This document shows, piece by piece, positions 37,401-49,198 of a stretch of DNA of 64,000 bases (position 1 is the stretch's first letter; each line of letters begins with the position of its first letter). The DNA comes from Antedon mediterranea (Eukaryota > Animalia > Echinodermata). Under the pieces are notes generated by a model. The model was not told the origin of the DNA, ran no database searches, and worked only from the letters and a program-made list of their open reading frames with translations. Made by a program: the position numbers and the translations under genes. The stretch covers positions 7,842,201-7,906,200 of the forward strand of contig NC_092679.1 in assembly GCF_964355755.1 (NCBI RefSeq). The letters run 5' to 3'.

Positions 37401-39286
37401 CGGTCGCGCGCTAGCTATGCTGCCGAAGCATTACAAAGGTTTTTGTGGATTGACATGTTTGTTTGTTATCTGAATAAAAAATAATGGAGTCATTTTCAAT
37501 ACGAAGTCTTTAATTTTATTATTGTATGTATACCCTAATTGTTTTGGTGTTTTACTTAAAGTGACCGAGTTTCACGCAACAAACTTGTTTTGAAATGGTA
37601 TGGATATTATCATCAGTTTACTATCTAGGCTAGTAGTACAAGGCTAGCCTAGCCTAGGCCTAATCGTAAAATGGTTCCGGACCAACTTTAGGCCTGGTTA
37701 ACTAGGCCTGGTGTCTTTACTATGTGGATTTTGGCGAAACATTGATGTAAGATTTATGATTTATAAAATGTAATACATTTTTCGATAGTCATAACTTGTT
37801 TTTATAGGTCTATCGGTGCTGTGTAAGTAACTTTTTTGTTGTTTGTTGATCTCACCGGGCGATATTTTCATATTGTGATGTCTTGCACAAAATCGCCAAT
37901 ATCTCGACTTTCTTTCGCGAAACTACGAAAAACTCAAAAAGTGTGTTACTTTCATTTTACTATTACGATTTACATATTGCGCTTTAAAAATCGTTCTTGG
38001 TACCATTGTAAAGCTAAAATCTTTATGATTAGTCTAAATTACATATAAATCAGATCACATACATGGTTTCAATCAGCTGTAATAAAAACATCAAATTGGG
38101 CTAAAAACGCTGGCGGTGGCAGTTTCTAACTGGAAAAACCCCTGGCAGTCAAAGTGTTAATTAATACCTGTTTAGATATAGTATTATAGGTGGATCTAAG
38201 TGGTGTAGATCAAAGTTGTTTTGGTACACAGCCGGCCCAAGCCTCCTAAATTTTGAAAATGACAATGCAAAAGATAGGACATTAGGTCTAGTTCAGTACT
38301 TAAATTAATTAATTAAATACACTTTTTTAAAAACCTGGATACTCCACTGAGTATTACTTTATTTTCAAATCTTTTTACAGAAAAAGAGACGAACAAAGGA
38401 AGTATCAATATTGTTTAAAAGTTATGAAACATACAGTAACAAGATAGGAGAAATACAAAATGTGCTGGTTACTGAAGTATCTCATGATAAACAGTATTAT
38501 GTTGCCCATAATAAGTTTTATGAACAGGCAAGTTTGTTGTTAATTTTACACATTTTTCAGAAAATCCTAAAGTCAACTCTCTATAACACCAGCAATATTT
38601 AATGTTTTCATCTCACCTAATATAGTTTATATACAGTATATGCTTTTCTTCTTTTTTTGGGTTATCTTAGGATATTTAATGGATCATTTTTGTGTGTAAA
38701 GTGCTTAGAAACATTGTATTAGGCACTATATAAGACAACAGTACTATTATTATTATTATATTAGATCATTATTTCTTAAAAATCATTACAGTACTTATGT
38801 TTTATGATAGGTATTGGTACCAAAGGAAGAGAGATTTTTAGGCAAAATGATAACGGTAAAGATAGTATCAACAGGAAAGCATTATCTAATGGGTGAACTT
38901 ATTGAAAATAGTAAATTGGTAACAGCATCTATCGCACAACCACTCTCAAAGGGTGAAATATCTGGGGTAAGCCATTTAATTGGATATTTTTCTTTAAATC
39001 CTTAAAAAGTTTCTTGCCAAGTAATTACATAGACCAACTCGCACAGCGTCTGGTGTATACTGCTCCAAGATTAGATACGCATATTGTAATTCATCCAGGT
39101 AGTATAAATAAATAAAATTCTTTATTTTTAGTATTGAATATAACTTTTCCATTACAGGTGCGAAGATATTTACCAGCTACAAGCTCCAAAACGCCTCTCT
39201 GGCTGGGCATAGCTGTTGCAGTTGCTATAATAGCAGGTTTTCTTGATATTGTCAAAATATCTTACCAATATATATTGAATACATAG
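34458..39286 (+). CDS. CDKAL1: Threonylcarbamoyladenosine tRNA methylthiotransferase
   Basis: DDIEDIVS N-terminus, [28 protein letters not shown], radical-SAM [29 protein letters not shown] domain and a C-terminal TM helix ending ILNT*. Confidence 0.95.
37116..38156. mobile_element. piggyBac-like non-autonomous element in a CDKAL1 intron
   Basis: TTAA TSDs at 37112-37115 and 38157-38160. TIR CACTTTGACTGCCA / TGGCAGTCAAAGTG. Confidence 0.88.
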
Positions 39287-40210
39287 TAGTACAAATGTGT
39301 TATGTTTTAATATCATACTGATACGGATGATATAAGCCCACCCTTAATGTAGGCTTTTATATCGCATCTTTACTGTATTAATATGTATATACTGTACCTA
39401 ATTATTCACACAAACTCAACCTAGGAAGAGTTACTTTAAAACCCAAACAGAATATTTTATAGTTATCGGCATTTTATGAACTTGTCAATAAATAATACAT
39501 TATTTCTTTTTATAATGTTTTAAACTTGTGTCTGAGTAAATGTTAACATAAGTAATACACATTCAATGTAGTTTTATTTATTACCATTTTCACTTGAATT
39601 GGATCCTCAGAACGAGGTGTGTGTGGTTGAGCAAAGTTAAAATGTTTATTTTTGATGTTGTTGGCCTAAATCTGGTAATTTAATAATTATGTGTTTTTAA
39701 TATAGATTGATAACATTTTTAAAATACTGTTTCAATTTTTGTAAACTGCATGATGTACTGTGCGTATGACACAAAATAGTACCGGTAATAACGCCTAGCT
39801 AGGCCCCTATACACTATACTCCTAACTAGGGCCCTAATGCCGAATGGACTGGTGGAGAGCCATGCCTTCATTATTAGTCAGAGGCTGGAGTGTGAAAAGT
39901 ACTGTCTGTAGGCCTGCTAACAGTGCTAAAAAGAACACCATCATAATTAGTGAAGATTTTTCTTTAAAAAGCGTCTATATGAATCACAATTCACAGTAGG
40001 CTGTTTGACTAAATTATAAACTTACGCACGTGGTGTTTGATACAGCGCTTCCCCATTGGAAAAAAGTTTCAAAATTACGTCACACGCGCTTGGTTCACAT
40101 CGAACGTTGGTGGCGTGCGCTGGATTCCTGCAGTAGCGCGTCATCATCGTACGACGACGATCCAATCAATTGTATTGTTTTTTGAACATCGAAAGACATG
40201 TGATGTCACA

Positions 40211-40219
40211 ATCACGTGA
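40211..40219. promoter_or_regulatory. CLEAR-like E-box upstream of NPC2
   Basis: ATCACGTGA ~135 bp before the NPC2 ATG, with CATGTGA adjacent. This matches the TFEB/MITF site typical of lysosomal genes. Confidence 0.55.
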
Positions 40220-40347
40220 AAAGTACCAGGAAGTATTTTCGCTCGAGTTCAGCTAGCTAGCTAGTCTTTTGCAGATTTCAGTAGTGACAGTGTGGTTGTA
40301 TTTGTTGGTGTGTGTAGCCTCTAGTGGTTGAAATTTGATTGTTAAAA

Positions 40348-43300
40348 ATGCATTTTCTTTATCAAATTACGTTTACTATACTTCTTTTTATATCTTTTAC
40401 ATTTTCAACTAAAGTGGCTTTCAAAAATTGTCCAGGTAAAGTACAGTATAGGCCTAGCTAGGCTAGGCCTAGGCTAGGAGGGCTAGGCTAGGCCTACCTC
40501 TAGCTAGCTAGTAGGCCTAATTTGTTTTACTTTTTTAAATTTAATTAAAGTAGGCTAGGTCCTAGGCCTACTTACTGTACTAGCATGTAAGTACTAGCTA
40601 GACCTAGCCGGCGCTAGTTCCGTTTCGCAACTGTCGTTAATATTCGACTCAAAATTGGTTAAAGACCCCTTCCCTGCAATTTTGGACGTTTTTTGGAAAA
40701 TAATACATATATATCACTTTAAAAACATTAAACCATGTCATTCCTTGTCTTAAATGTACGTTTTATGGTAAATTATGATAAAAAGTGAGAAACAATGCAC
40801 TACCTAAGTAGCTCGCGGCGATCGACCTCTCGTGGACGGTCTCAGGCCTAGCCTAGCTAGGCTTAGTTTTGTAGGCCTAGCTGGTAAACATCGGTAACGT
40901 ACGAACATCGTACGCTAGCTATATACCTAGCCTGACGTTGTATAGTTGCTGCATTAATTATCTTTCTATTTTTGCCAGACTCCGTTGATACAAATTGGAG
41001 AAAACCCGGTATTTTCGCTGAAAAGTTAGGAGTCTTCCATTTGTTTTGGCTTCACGATCGATCGAAAAGTGGGCGAATTACAAGTGAAAAACAACAATAT
41101 CAATCCGCGCGCAATGCATTTTGGGATTTATAGCGGGCCGCTATAATTATTAAAATCGATTTATTTTTCACATTTTTAACCGTTTAAAGACGAAAAAAGT
41201 TATCGCAATAGGACCATATAGTATTATTTTTACATTAAATATAGTTTGTGATCTTAAATTAGATCTAAAAAACGTAGGGAATGGGGCTTTAAGTAACTTT
41301 ATCGTGAATAAGTGCATTTTGTAGGATTGTAGATAATAAATAAATCATTTTGTTTGACAAATCCAAAAGAAATTTTGGATTTGTCAAACAAAATGATTTA
41401 TTTAACTTTATCGTGAGTACCACACCTTAAAGGCTTAAGCTTGGTTCCCACTAGAAACGTAACGCAAGGACGTAAACGCAACGCAAGCGTTTTAACCAAT
41501 GACAAGCGAAGTTATAGACAGTTAGTTAGCAATCACAAGCGAATAAGCCATCGCTTGTAATTAGTCAATTAACTTGCGTTGCGTTACGTCCTTGTGTTGC
41601 GTCGCTAGTGGGAACCACGCTTTAGAATTAGACGTGTTTCTCGCACATCGGTTCGTGAATTTCGCATACTCCATGTTCAATGTTGTTTATATGGAGTGCC
41701 AAAAGAGCAATCATAATAGAGGGCTAAAAACTCAGTAAATTGCATATATTTAATGCATTTATTGGTGAAAATTACGTTCAATTTTATCTGTACATGGTTT
41801 TTGCAGGAACTTTTAGGAATGAAAATCGACAAATTCATCATCATATTACATGTACTGTAGGGGTATACCTGATCTAAATAATATTCCTCTTAGTCTTACT
41901 CTTAGGCCTAGGGTTGGTTGCTATTTGAAAACAGCAAATTAGTAGCAGTAAAATGTTACAGCATTTTTATTGACAAAATATATTAAAATTAAACGTGTAT
42001 TTCAATAATAAATTCATTAAAAGAAGACACATTCCACTGAGTTTTTAACCATCTATTGTTGTTGCTTTTCTAGCGCTCCATAGAAACGAAAATATTGAAC
42101 TTCGAGTATGCTAAATTCGCGAACGGTATGCGAGAAACATGTCTGTAAAATCATCAATTTAAGGATTTATTTGTTAATTTTTATGTGATTCTTCTTCATA
42201 AAAGTACTCATGAGGCCCAATTTTAAGGTGTGGTATTCACAATAAGTTGCTTAACAATTTTGGAGTCAAAAGGAAGTCGAAATAAAAACAGGTGCGAAAC
42301 GGAACTAGCGCCGCCTAGCCTAGGGCCTAGGCCTAATAAGAGTAGATAAGAGAGGGAGATGAGGTGCGAAAGTGCATTAGCACCCTACCGATTGAGACAG
42401 GGTATCATTCCATTGTCTGTAGGTCCTATGTTTTTATCCTCTTGCTGAATGTTAATTTAAAAGCTAATTATATTTAATTTTTAATTTAAATAATGTTTTT
42501 TTGCAGATACTAAAAGTGATGTTACAGCAGTAGATGTTGTCCCTTGTCCTGCAGACCCCTGTCAAATTAAACGGGGCTCATCTGTTGCACTTAAGGTTAC
42601 CTTCAAGGAGTGTAAGTCATTATTGGTCTCGCCCTTTTCATGTTTGACCCATGTCGTGTTTTTCGCAGATTATACAATGACACTGCGAGAACTTTGATTG
42701 CACTATAGTACAACTTGTCTCATAAAATATGTCTTTTTTTTTCTTTTGTCTTTTTTGTTCATTCTCACAATTCTCATGACTACTTTTTTTTTCATTTTTT
42801 TAAACTCATCTTTTGTAATATTTTGTTTTCATTTGATTAAAAGAAAACAACTGTTTGAATTGAGTGTAGACTGTAGCTTCAATAAACTTTGATAAACACA
42901 TTCTTGCAATTGTTAATCATATTAAGATATAGATAGCTAGATGTTAGCATACTACACTATTATAGTTAATCCATACAAAGCATGAAGTTACGGTCCTACT
43001 AAATACCACCAGATACCTACTAAAGCAATCTATGAGGCGCTACCGATGAATTTATTTGGTCAAATAAAATCAGAAATTCGTTTAATAAATAAAACTTAAT
43101 GCAAACTACCTTTTGTCAGTGATGTTCGTTACCGATTTTGACATACGAAACATGATCAAAACATAATGAAAAATGAAAGACTAATCGCGCAATCGATTGG
43201 TGTATTTTATGTGACTGACTAAGGTAACAAAAAAAACCATCGGTAGCGCCTCATAGTTCACCGTTGAATACAATACACAAGAGACACTGATGAATACGTT

Positions 43301-44079
43301 TGTTTCGTTGCTATAATGTTTATCAAACGCATTCGGTTCTGGAATACGACGGCGAGAAATTTAACTTTAAACTTAAATTTTATCAGTTTCTGAAAGAATT
43401 AAGCTTTGAAATGTGTAATATACCATTAATAATCAATTCCAAACAGGTGGCTGCTCTCTGGTGGTAGGATTTATTGCTCTAGTACGTATCTGGTGGTGTT
43501 TAGTAGGACCCTGAAGTTATTATTGTTCTCATTTTTGCTTTTAGTGTTGAATGCAACTGCTGTTCAATCTAAAGTGTACGGCTATATAGATGGTGTTAAG
43601 GTTCCCTTTCCTTTGAACAATCCAGATGCATGTAAAGACAGTGGCCTAAAATGTCCATTGGCCGCTGCTCAAACGTATACATTCAACTCATCACTTCCTG
43701 TAAAGTCCATCTACCCAAAAGTAAGTTTCGTTCTACATTTTTTTAAATTTTATTACGTCAATACCCAAGTAAGATACCTTCTATAGTCATATTTCATGCT
43801 TCATTTTATGGTGAACTACCTTATCCTTGATGATGAGGCAGCTTACAACTTGAAACTACCTACCTTTATAGTCATAGTTCATGCTAAACCACCTTTCAGT
43901 TTCTTCATTTGATGATGAACCACCTTTCATGATGAAGCATCTCACGACTCCAATTCTGTGGTAAAAATATATTGGTACAGTATTTATTTTTCTAGATTAA
44001 GTTGGTAGCTGAATGGCAACTTGTTGATGGTAATGGTGTACAAGAATTCTGTTTTCAAGTTCCACTTCAGATTGTTTGA
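40348..44079 (+). CDS. NPC2: NPC intracellular cholesterol transporter 2 (ML domain)
   Basis: Four exons ~40348-40435, 42507-42611, 43545-43720 and 43996-44079: signal peptide, FKNC, VDVVPCPADPCQIKRG, VPFPLNNPDACKDSGLKCPL, LPVKSIYPK and EWQLVD...FCFQVPLQIV*. Confidence 0.95.
40663..41288. mobile_element. Kolobok-like MITE nested in the previous element
   Basis: TTAA-AGACCCCTTCCCT...AGGGAATGGGGCT-TTAA. Removing it restores symmetry with the host's right arm. Confidence 0.8.
41337..41404. repeat. ~32-bp-arm perfect hairpin
   Basis: TAAATAAATCATTTTGTTTGACAAATCCAAAA-GAAA-TTTTGGATTTGTCAAACAAAATGATTTATTTA. Confidence 0.85.
41438..41621. mobile_element. MITE family B (AGCTTGGTTCCCACTAG TIR, TTA TSD; Harbinger-like)
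   Basis: TIR plus 3-bp TSD TTA. Diverged copies at ~49468-49628 and ~50315-50500. Confidence 0.8.
43030..43257. mobile_element. MITE with 19-bp TIR
   Basis: CTATGAGGCGCTACCGATG ... CATCGGTAGCGCCTCATAG. TSD not resolved. Confidence 0.65.
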
Positions 44080-45059
44080 AGGAGATCGTGCACAGTACTT
44101 GAAGAGAAATTCAGCTGAAAAAAAATCAACAAATCAACCAACCTAAAAGCATGAACTTAAAGGCTATGTGTGTATAATACATAAAAGATCCTAGGATGCA
44201 TGTCATACTAATGTATAATGTTCTAATTTACAACATTCCAGATAAATTGTTTGTACTTTTTTGTTAGATAACTACTTTTTATTTACATTAGTAAGTATTT
44301 GTAAAGAACTAAACTAAAAGATTGATAAAAGAAATTTGTATATCTTAAAATGAATATTTGATAAATTCATTTAAATTTAGATCTAAATTATTTTTGAGAA
44401 AATGGTGGTGAACCGCTGTAACATATATGTACTGATCATGGAGAATCATCGTCGCTATTAATTCAAGTTCTTTATTTTATGTGAAGATATGTGTGGCCAT
44501 CCTTTGTAAAACTATTCTAGATAAATCCACATCCCCCCATACCAGGTAAATATATTTGTAAATTCTTCTTGTTTTATAGGTAATTTTCTAGATGTAAGTT
44601 TGCTCAAATAAACAATATAGAATTTAAATCGTCTCTGTGATTTATTAAATTTATTATTTTTACTATATTTTTCATAAATTAAATTTCATAAATGTCAATT
44701 TCATGATGATTTTCTAAAATGTACCAAAAGAACAATAAAAGGTCATTTGTAGACTGTATTTAACTGCCAGTGTGCATTGAATGCAGATTGGCAACAGCTA
44801 GAGCTCTAGTAGTAGAGGTGCTACTAAACATAGAGATATTATATAATAATACTGTATCTCTATGTACTAAAACAACACAGACGAATATAAATGGTTATTT
44901 ATTTCTTTTTATGAAGTTCCTTAATGGATAATGAATTAATACTGCCACAATTAAAATGAAAAAGTGGATAAATGTTAATTATATGGATAGAGAAAAGTAT
45001 TGTGAAACTCTGGTTTAGTTGCTTTTTTGAAAAAATTAAAAAGAAAAAAAGAAAGTCAT

Positions 45060-45131
45060 TTCCCGTGCCGGGAATCGAACCCGGGCCGCGTGGGTGAAAA
45101 CCACGAATCCTAACCACTAGACCACACGGGA
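45060..45131 (-). tRNA. tRNA-Glu (anticodon TTC)
   Basis: TCCCGTGTGGTCTAGTGGTTAGGATTCGTGGTTTTCACCCACGCGGCCCGGGTTCGATTCCCGGCACGGGAA folds into a full cloverleaf, with a T-run Pol III terminator downstream. Confidence 0.97.
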
Positions 45132-45250
45132 CTTGCTTGTATGAGACAACCTTTATAAAAATATGTACGTTTGAATGCTACGTACTCGTCACGCTCTATT
45201 GATTACCATTATTTCGTGACGTACGTCGTCAGGTGTTTGTACGTATAAAT

Positions 45251-47772
45251 ATGGCAGCCAGCATGGTAGTAGATCGTCGGGAGGGCAAGAAAGCAAAACA
45301 CACAAAGGAAAGTGGTAAATAATGATGGAATAAGGCGTTAATGTACTTTCGCACCTGACACAAATCCTTACTTAATTGAGGCCTTACTTAATTTGTCTAG
45401 GCGCCTAAAATAAAGGCCTTAATTTAGTGAATTAGTGTAGGCTGGATCCTATTCCTAGACCGAGATCTGATTAGCACCGTGTTAATTCCGTGTTACTGTT
45501 AATAATACTAGGCCTAGTACTAGTAAGGCGAAGGTTGGACTGGAAGCCTGCCCTCTAGCACCAGGGCCTAAGGCCTACTTTTACTACAAATGACAAGGAG
45601 ATTTTTGTCTTTATTTCTTGTTTAAAAAGTTGGTCATAAGAGGAAGAGTGATGATGACTTTTATACTAAATCTGCTACCACCAGTGATGAGGATGATAAT
45701 TCAGTTATTGTTGCTGCATTCAGGTACACTAAAATTTCATGATGATGATTTTGTTTATTTATAATAATTAATATCATCTATTCATTTATCATCTATTTTT
45801 GTTTATCATCTATTTGTTTATCATTTATTTGTTTATCATCTATTTTTGTTTATCATCTATTTATTTATCATCTATTTTTATCATCTATTTGTTTATCATC
45901 TATTTTTTTATCATCTATTTGTTTATCATCTATTTTTTTATCATCTATTTGTTTATCATCTAATTTTGTTTATCATCTATTTGTGATTGTGTATCATCTA
46001 TTTTTTTATCATCTATTTTTGTTTATCATCTAGTTTATCATCTATTTTTGTTTATCATCTAAATTTGTTTATCATCTTACACTACAGCAACAATTAATCT
46101 TTTGTACAAATGAAAGATTCCTTTTATGGCTACGTTAAAATGTTCAATTATATACCTTTAGTTTGTCAAACAAGAAATATGAAATAATAATTAATAAATA
46201 AACCAAAAAGGATTTATGCACTAATAAGATTTTCTCATGTGCTTGAGCTGAATATATAAATGTAAACATTTTGTAGAAGTTACCAGCAAGAGCTTGATAG
46301 AAAGCACGACAAACATGAGCGCTTGGTGAAGCTAAGCCGTGATGTTACTATTCAAAGCAAACGACTCATATTTTTGCTTCATAGGATAAGTAGGTATGAT
46401 ATATACCTCATTTTTTAAATATTCTGTTTAAATTTTAAATTCTTTTTCAAACTTGCTTTAAATATTTAGGCATGGGATAAATAATAAGTAGAATTTTGGG
46501 TGTATTTATATTTTTGCACACATGTTGTGTCATATCTATTGAGAAAAAAAAAACACCCACTGGTGGCGCTACATAAAAATAAATAACTAGGGACTTGTGG
46601 CTGCACACGTCTAGATCCTAGATTTTTTCTTTTAATGGCTTGCATATTATGTTCAAATAAAATGATGTGTTTTGTTTTCTAGTGACAATACCAGAGAAAC
46701 CATTTTAGTAGAAGCTGATACAAAGATGAATGAAATAAGTGTCAATTTAAAAAACATCGCTATTGAACTTGAAGGGGAAGATCCTTACCAGTTTTTACGT
46801 GCTTACACAAATGGTTTGCAAGAGTACATTGAAGCTATTTCGTTTTATGAGTATTTACTTAATAAACATATTCTCACATTGGAAGCAGCTCAACTGAAAC
46901 TTAAATTCAAAGTCAACAATCTAACTGAAGTAAGTATCCAACAAAACTGTTTATTGCAAATTGCCAAGGATAGCCATAAGCAGGAGGAAGAGTGAAATTG
47001 CATTCCATAAGTGAGTTCATTCACTCTCCTTAAAGGTGGCAACCCTGTTCATAAGAAAAACATATACACACGATGCTCTACATCAATGATTGGAGAGGAT
47101 TTGTGTTTTGTCCTGATAAAAAATCCTGGCATATAACAGGATTAGAATCCAGCACCCTGGGATTGGTAGTCGAGCATTTCAACCACCAAGCTACATTTTC
47201 AATCCAATAGTAAATTATTATTGTCATCTGGTTTTATATTAAATATCTGTATACAATTCTTTACATGTGTGCGACGTTTCGACTTGTCAGAAGATTTGTT
47301 GACAACAAGTCTAAACATCATACGTATCTTATTACTATAGTGGTTTACCGTAACGAAATGTATACAGATGTTTTAATTGCATAACTTTCTTTAGGCTGAG
47401 TTGGATAAGGAGAGCAGTGGATTGTTACCAGAAACAAATAAATCAGAAGAAATTCAGTTACATCTTCCTCCATTAGAGTATGTGCTTGGCCTTGCAGATC
47501 TAACAGGAGAACTTATGAGATGTTGTATAAATAGTATCGGTCATGAAGATATGGATAAACCATTTGAACTTTTGACCTTCATGCGCAATCTCTATGAGGG
47601 TTTTTCGTTATGTTCACGTTCTGCTTCACGGGACTTAAGACAAAAGATGGACACAATGAGACAGAGTTTAGTAAAGGTAGAGAATACATGTTATACATTA
47701 CAAGTACGAGGTTCTGAGATACCTAAGCATATGCTGCTAGATGCTATTAAAGTTGAACCTCAGACTGCGTAA
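45251..47772 (+). CDS. TSNAX: Translin-associated factor X (TRAX)
   Basis: Exons ~45251-45314, 45630-45723, 46277-46392, 46683-46929 and 47395-47772. Motifs [51 protein letters not shown] and [18 protein letters not shown]. Confidence 0.95.
45772..46077. repeat. (TTTATCATCTA)n-type minisatellite in TSNAX intron 2
   Basis: Repeated TTTATCATCTATTT(T)G units. Confidence 0.9.
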
Positions 47773-47933
47773 TCTCTGAGGGTTTTTCGTTATGTTCACA
47801 ATCTGCTTCACAGGACTTAAGACAGAAAATGGACACAATGAGGCAGAGTATAGTAAAGGTAGAGAATACCTGCTGTTATGCAGTACAATATGATATACCC
47901 AAGCATAGTTGTTAGATGCTATTGAAGTTGAAC
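47773..47933 (+). pseudogene. Degenerate tandem duplicate of the 3' half of the last TSNAX exon
   Basis: AATCTC..GAGGGTTTTTCGTTATGTTCAC...GATGCTATTGAAGTTGAAC copies ~47587-47758, with indels. Confidence 0.85.
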
Positions 47934-49198
47934 TATCTTATTGGATGGATTGGCTTGTTAAATCAAAGTGAAAGTACTGTAGTATTTTGTGAAGAAAGAA
48001 ATAATGCTTTTATACAATTTAACATGTGAAGATTTGTTTACACTTGTTCCACTTGGATGGCTTAAGCATGGACTTATAAAATACTTAATAGAATAGGTCC
48101 ATATCTGAAGCTTTGATGTGGGTGGCACTAAGTGTGAAAGCTAAATTAGCAATACCTCCTACTGTAAGAGTGTCAACAGTGTTTGTTTCAACATGGATCT
48201 AAAGGTCCGTGGTTTGAAAAAAAACCCCTTAAAGTCTTGAGGTAAACTCTGATTTCAGCTTGTATATGATTGTTCATGTTAACATATTTTCAATACACAA
48301 ATTAAAGTGACAAACCTGTAATCATTTTTCTAAAATCTATTGTTTTATTGCCGACAGGTAACCTGTAACAGAAATCTAGTTATAGAAACTAACATTTGCG
48401 GATTGAGAAATACTATGCTTTGTTACATAATGAAAGTATTATAAAAATAATTTCATTATTTCAAAACACAAGATCATGTATTATGTAATTCTCACAGAAG
48501 CAGTCACAAAATTACACCTAAAATAGTAATGGCATTCTGTAATTACTGTCGATGTTAAAACAGTAAATAGTACAACGGTCAATTAGTGATGATATTTATT
48601 CACTATTAGGTTTATTTTCTAAATTATTAAGCAACCCGAAGGCACCACCTAACTGTAACATGGGGACATTCAAGGAGGTTTGTTATAAATAGTTGTGTTT
48701 AAACATAATCAATAGAAAGTATTGACTATGTTTAAATACAAATATTTAAATATCATTTAAGAACATTCGTGAATGGTAAGATTGTGATTATTATTGCACA
48801 CTCACGACACTTCAATCAAATATAAATTGCTTTCAAACAAGATTATACACTTTTTTTTTACGCATCGGGTAGATGTACGTACATAATTTTATACGCGTAG
48901 GGTAGATTCGCTAATTTGGCGTACGTGGTACTGTGATTTTGTATAAATTAACCAGGTATCAAACAGTGACAGTTATGTAACACACCCAGTATTCTATGTC
49001 GTATCATGGTATGTATTATTCACAAATTTAATATTTAAACATAATACCTGTATACATTTTTTGTTGGTGCAAGAGAAATCATTGATACCGTACATTATAT
49101 AGACAAAGTTTAACCATTATTTCAATATCAGATTCATAATATTAATAACAACACAAAATCTAATCAGATTTGTATAATCTTCTGTTTTTCGTCTCCAT

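Larger units (their letters stand above)
40610..42312. mobile_element. PIF/Harbinger-like non-autonomous element hosting nested insertions
   Basis: TIR GGCGCTAGTTCCGTTTCGCA / TGCGAAACGGAACTAGCGCC with 3-bp TSD GCC. Confidence 0.8.

Noticed and set aside
43286-43340. CTGATGA followed by a stem, possible hammerhead
   Set aside because: No GAAA box after the stem.
44899-45117. 72-aa ORF MVRIRGFHPRGPGSIPG...
   Set aside because: It is a translation of the tRNA-Glu gene.
47135-47195. tRNA-like sequence on the minus strand (another at ~53760-53825)
   Set aside because: No intact cloverleaf; these are decayed SINE heads, not tRNA genes.
47268-47325. GACGTTTCGACTTGT...ACAAGTCTAAACATC degenerate Penelope/hammerhead-like inverted remnant
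   Set aside because: The catalytic boxes are mutated, so it is too degraded to call.
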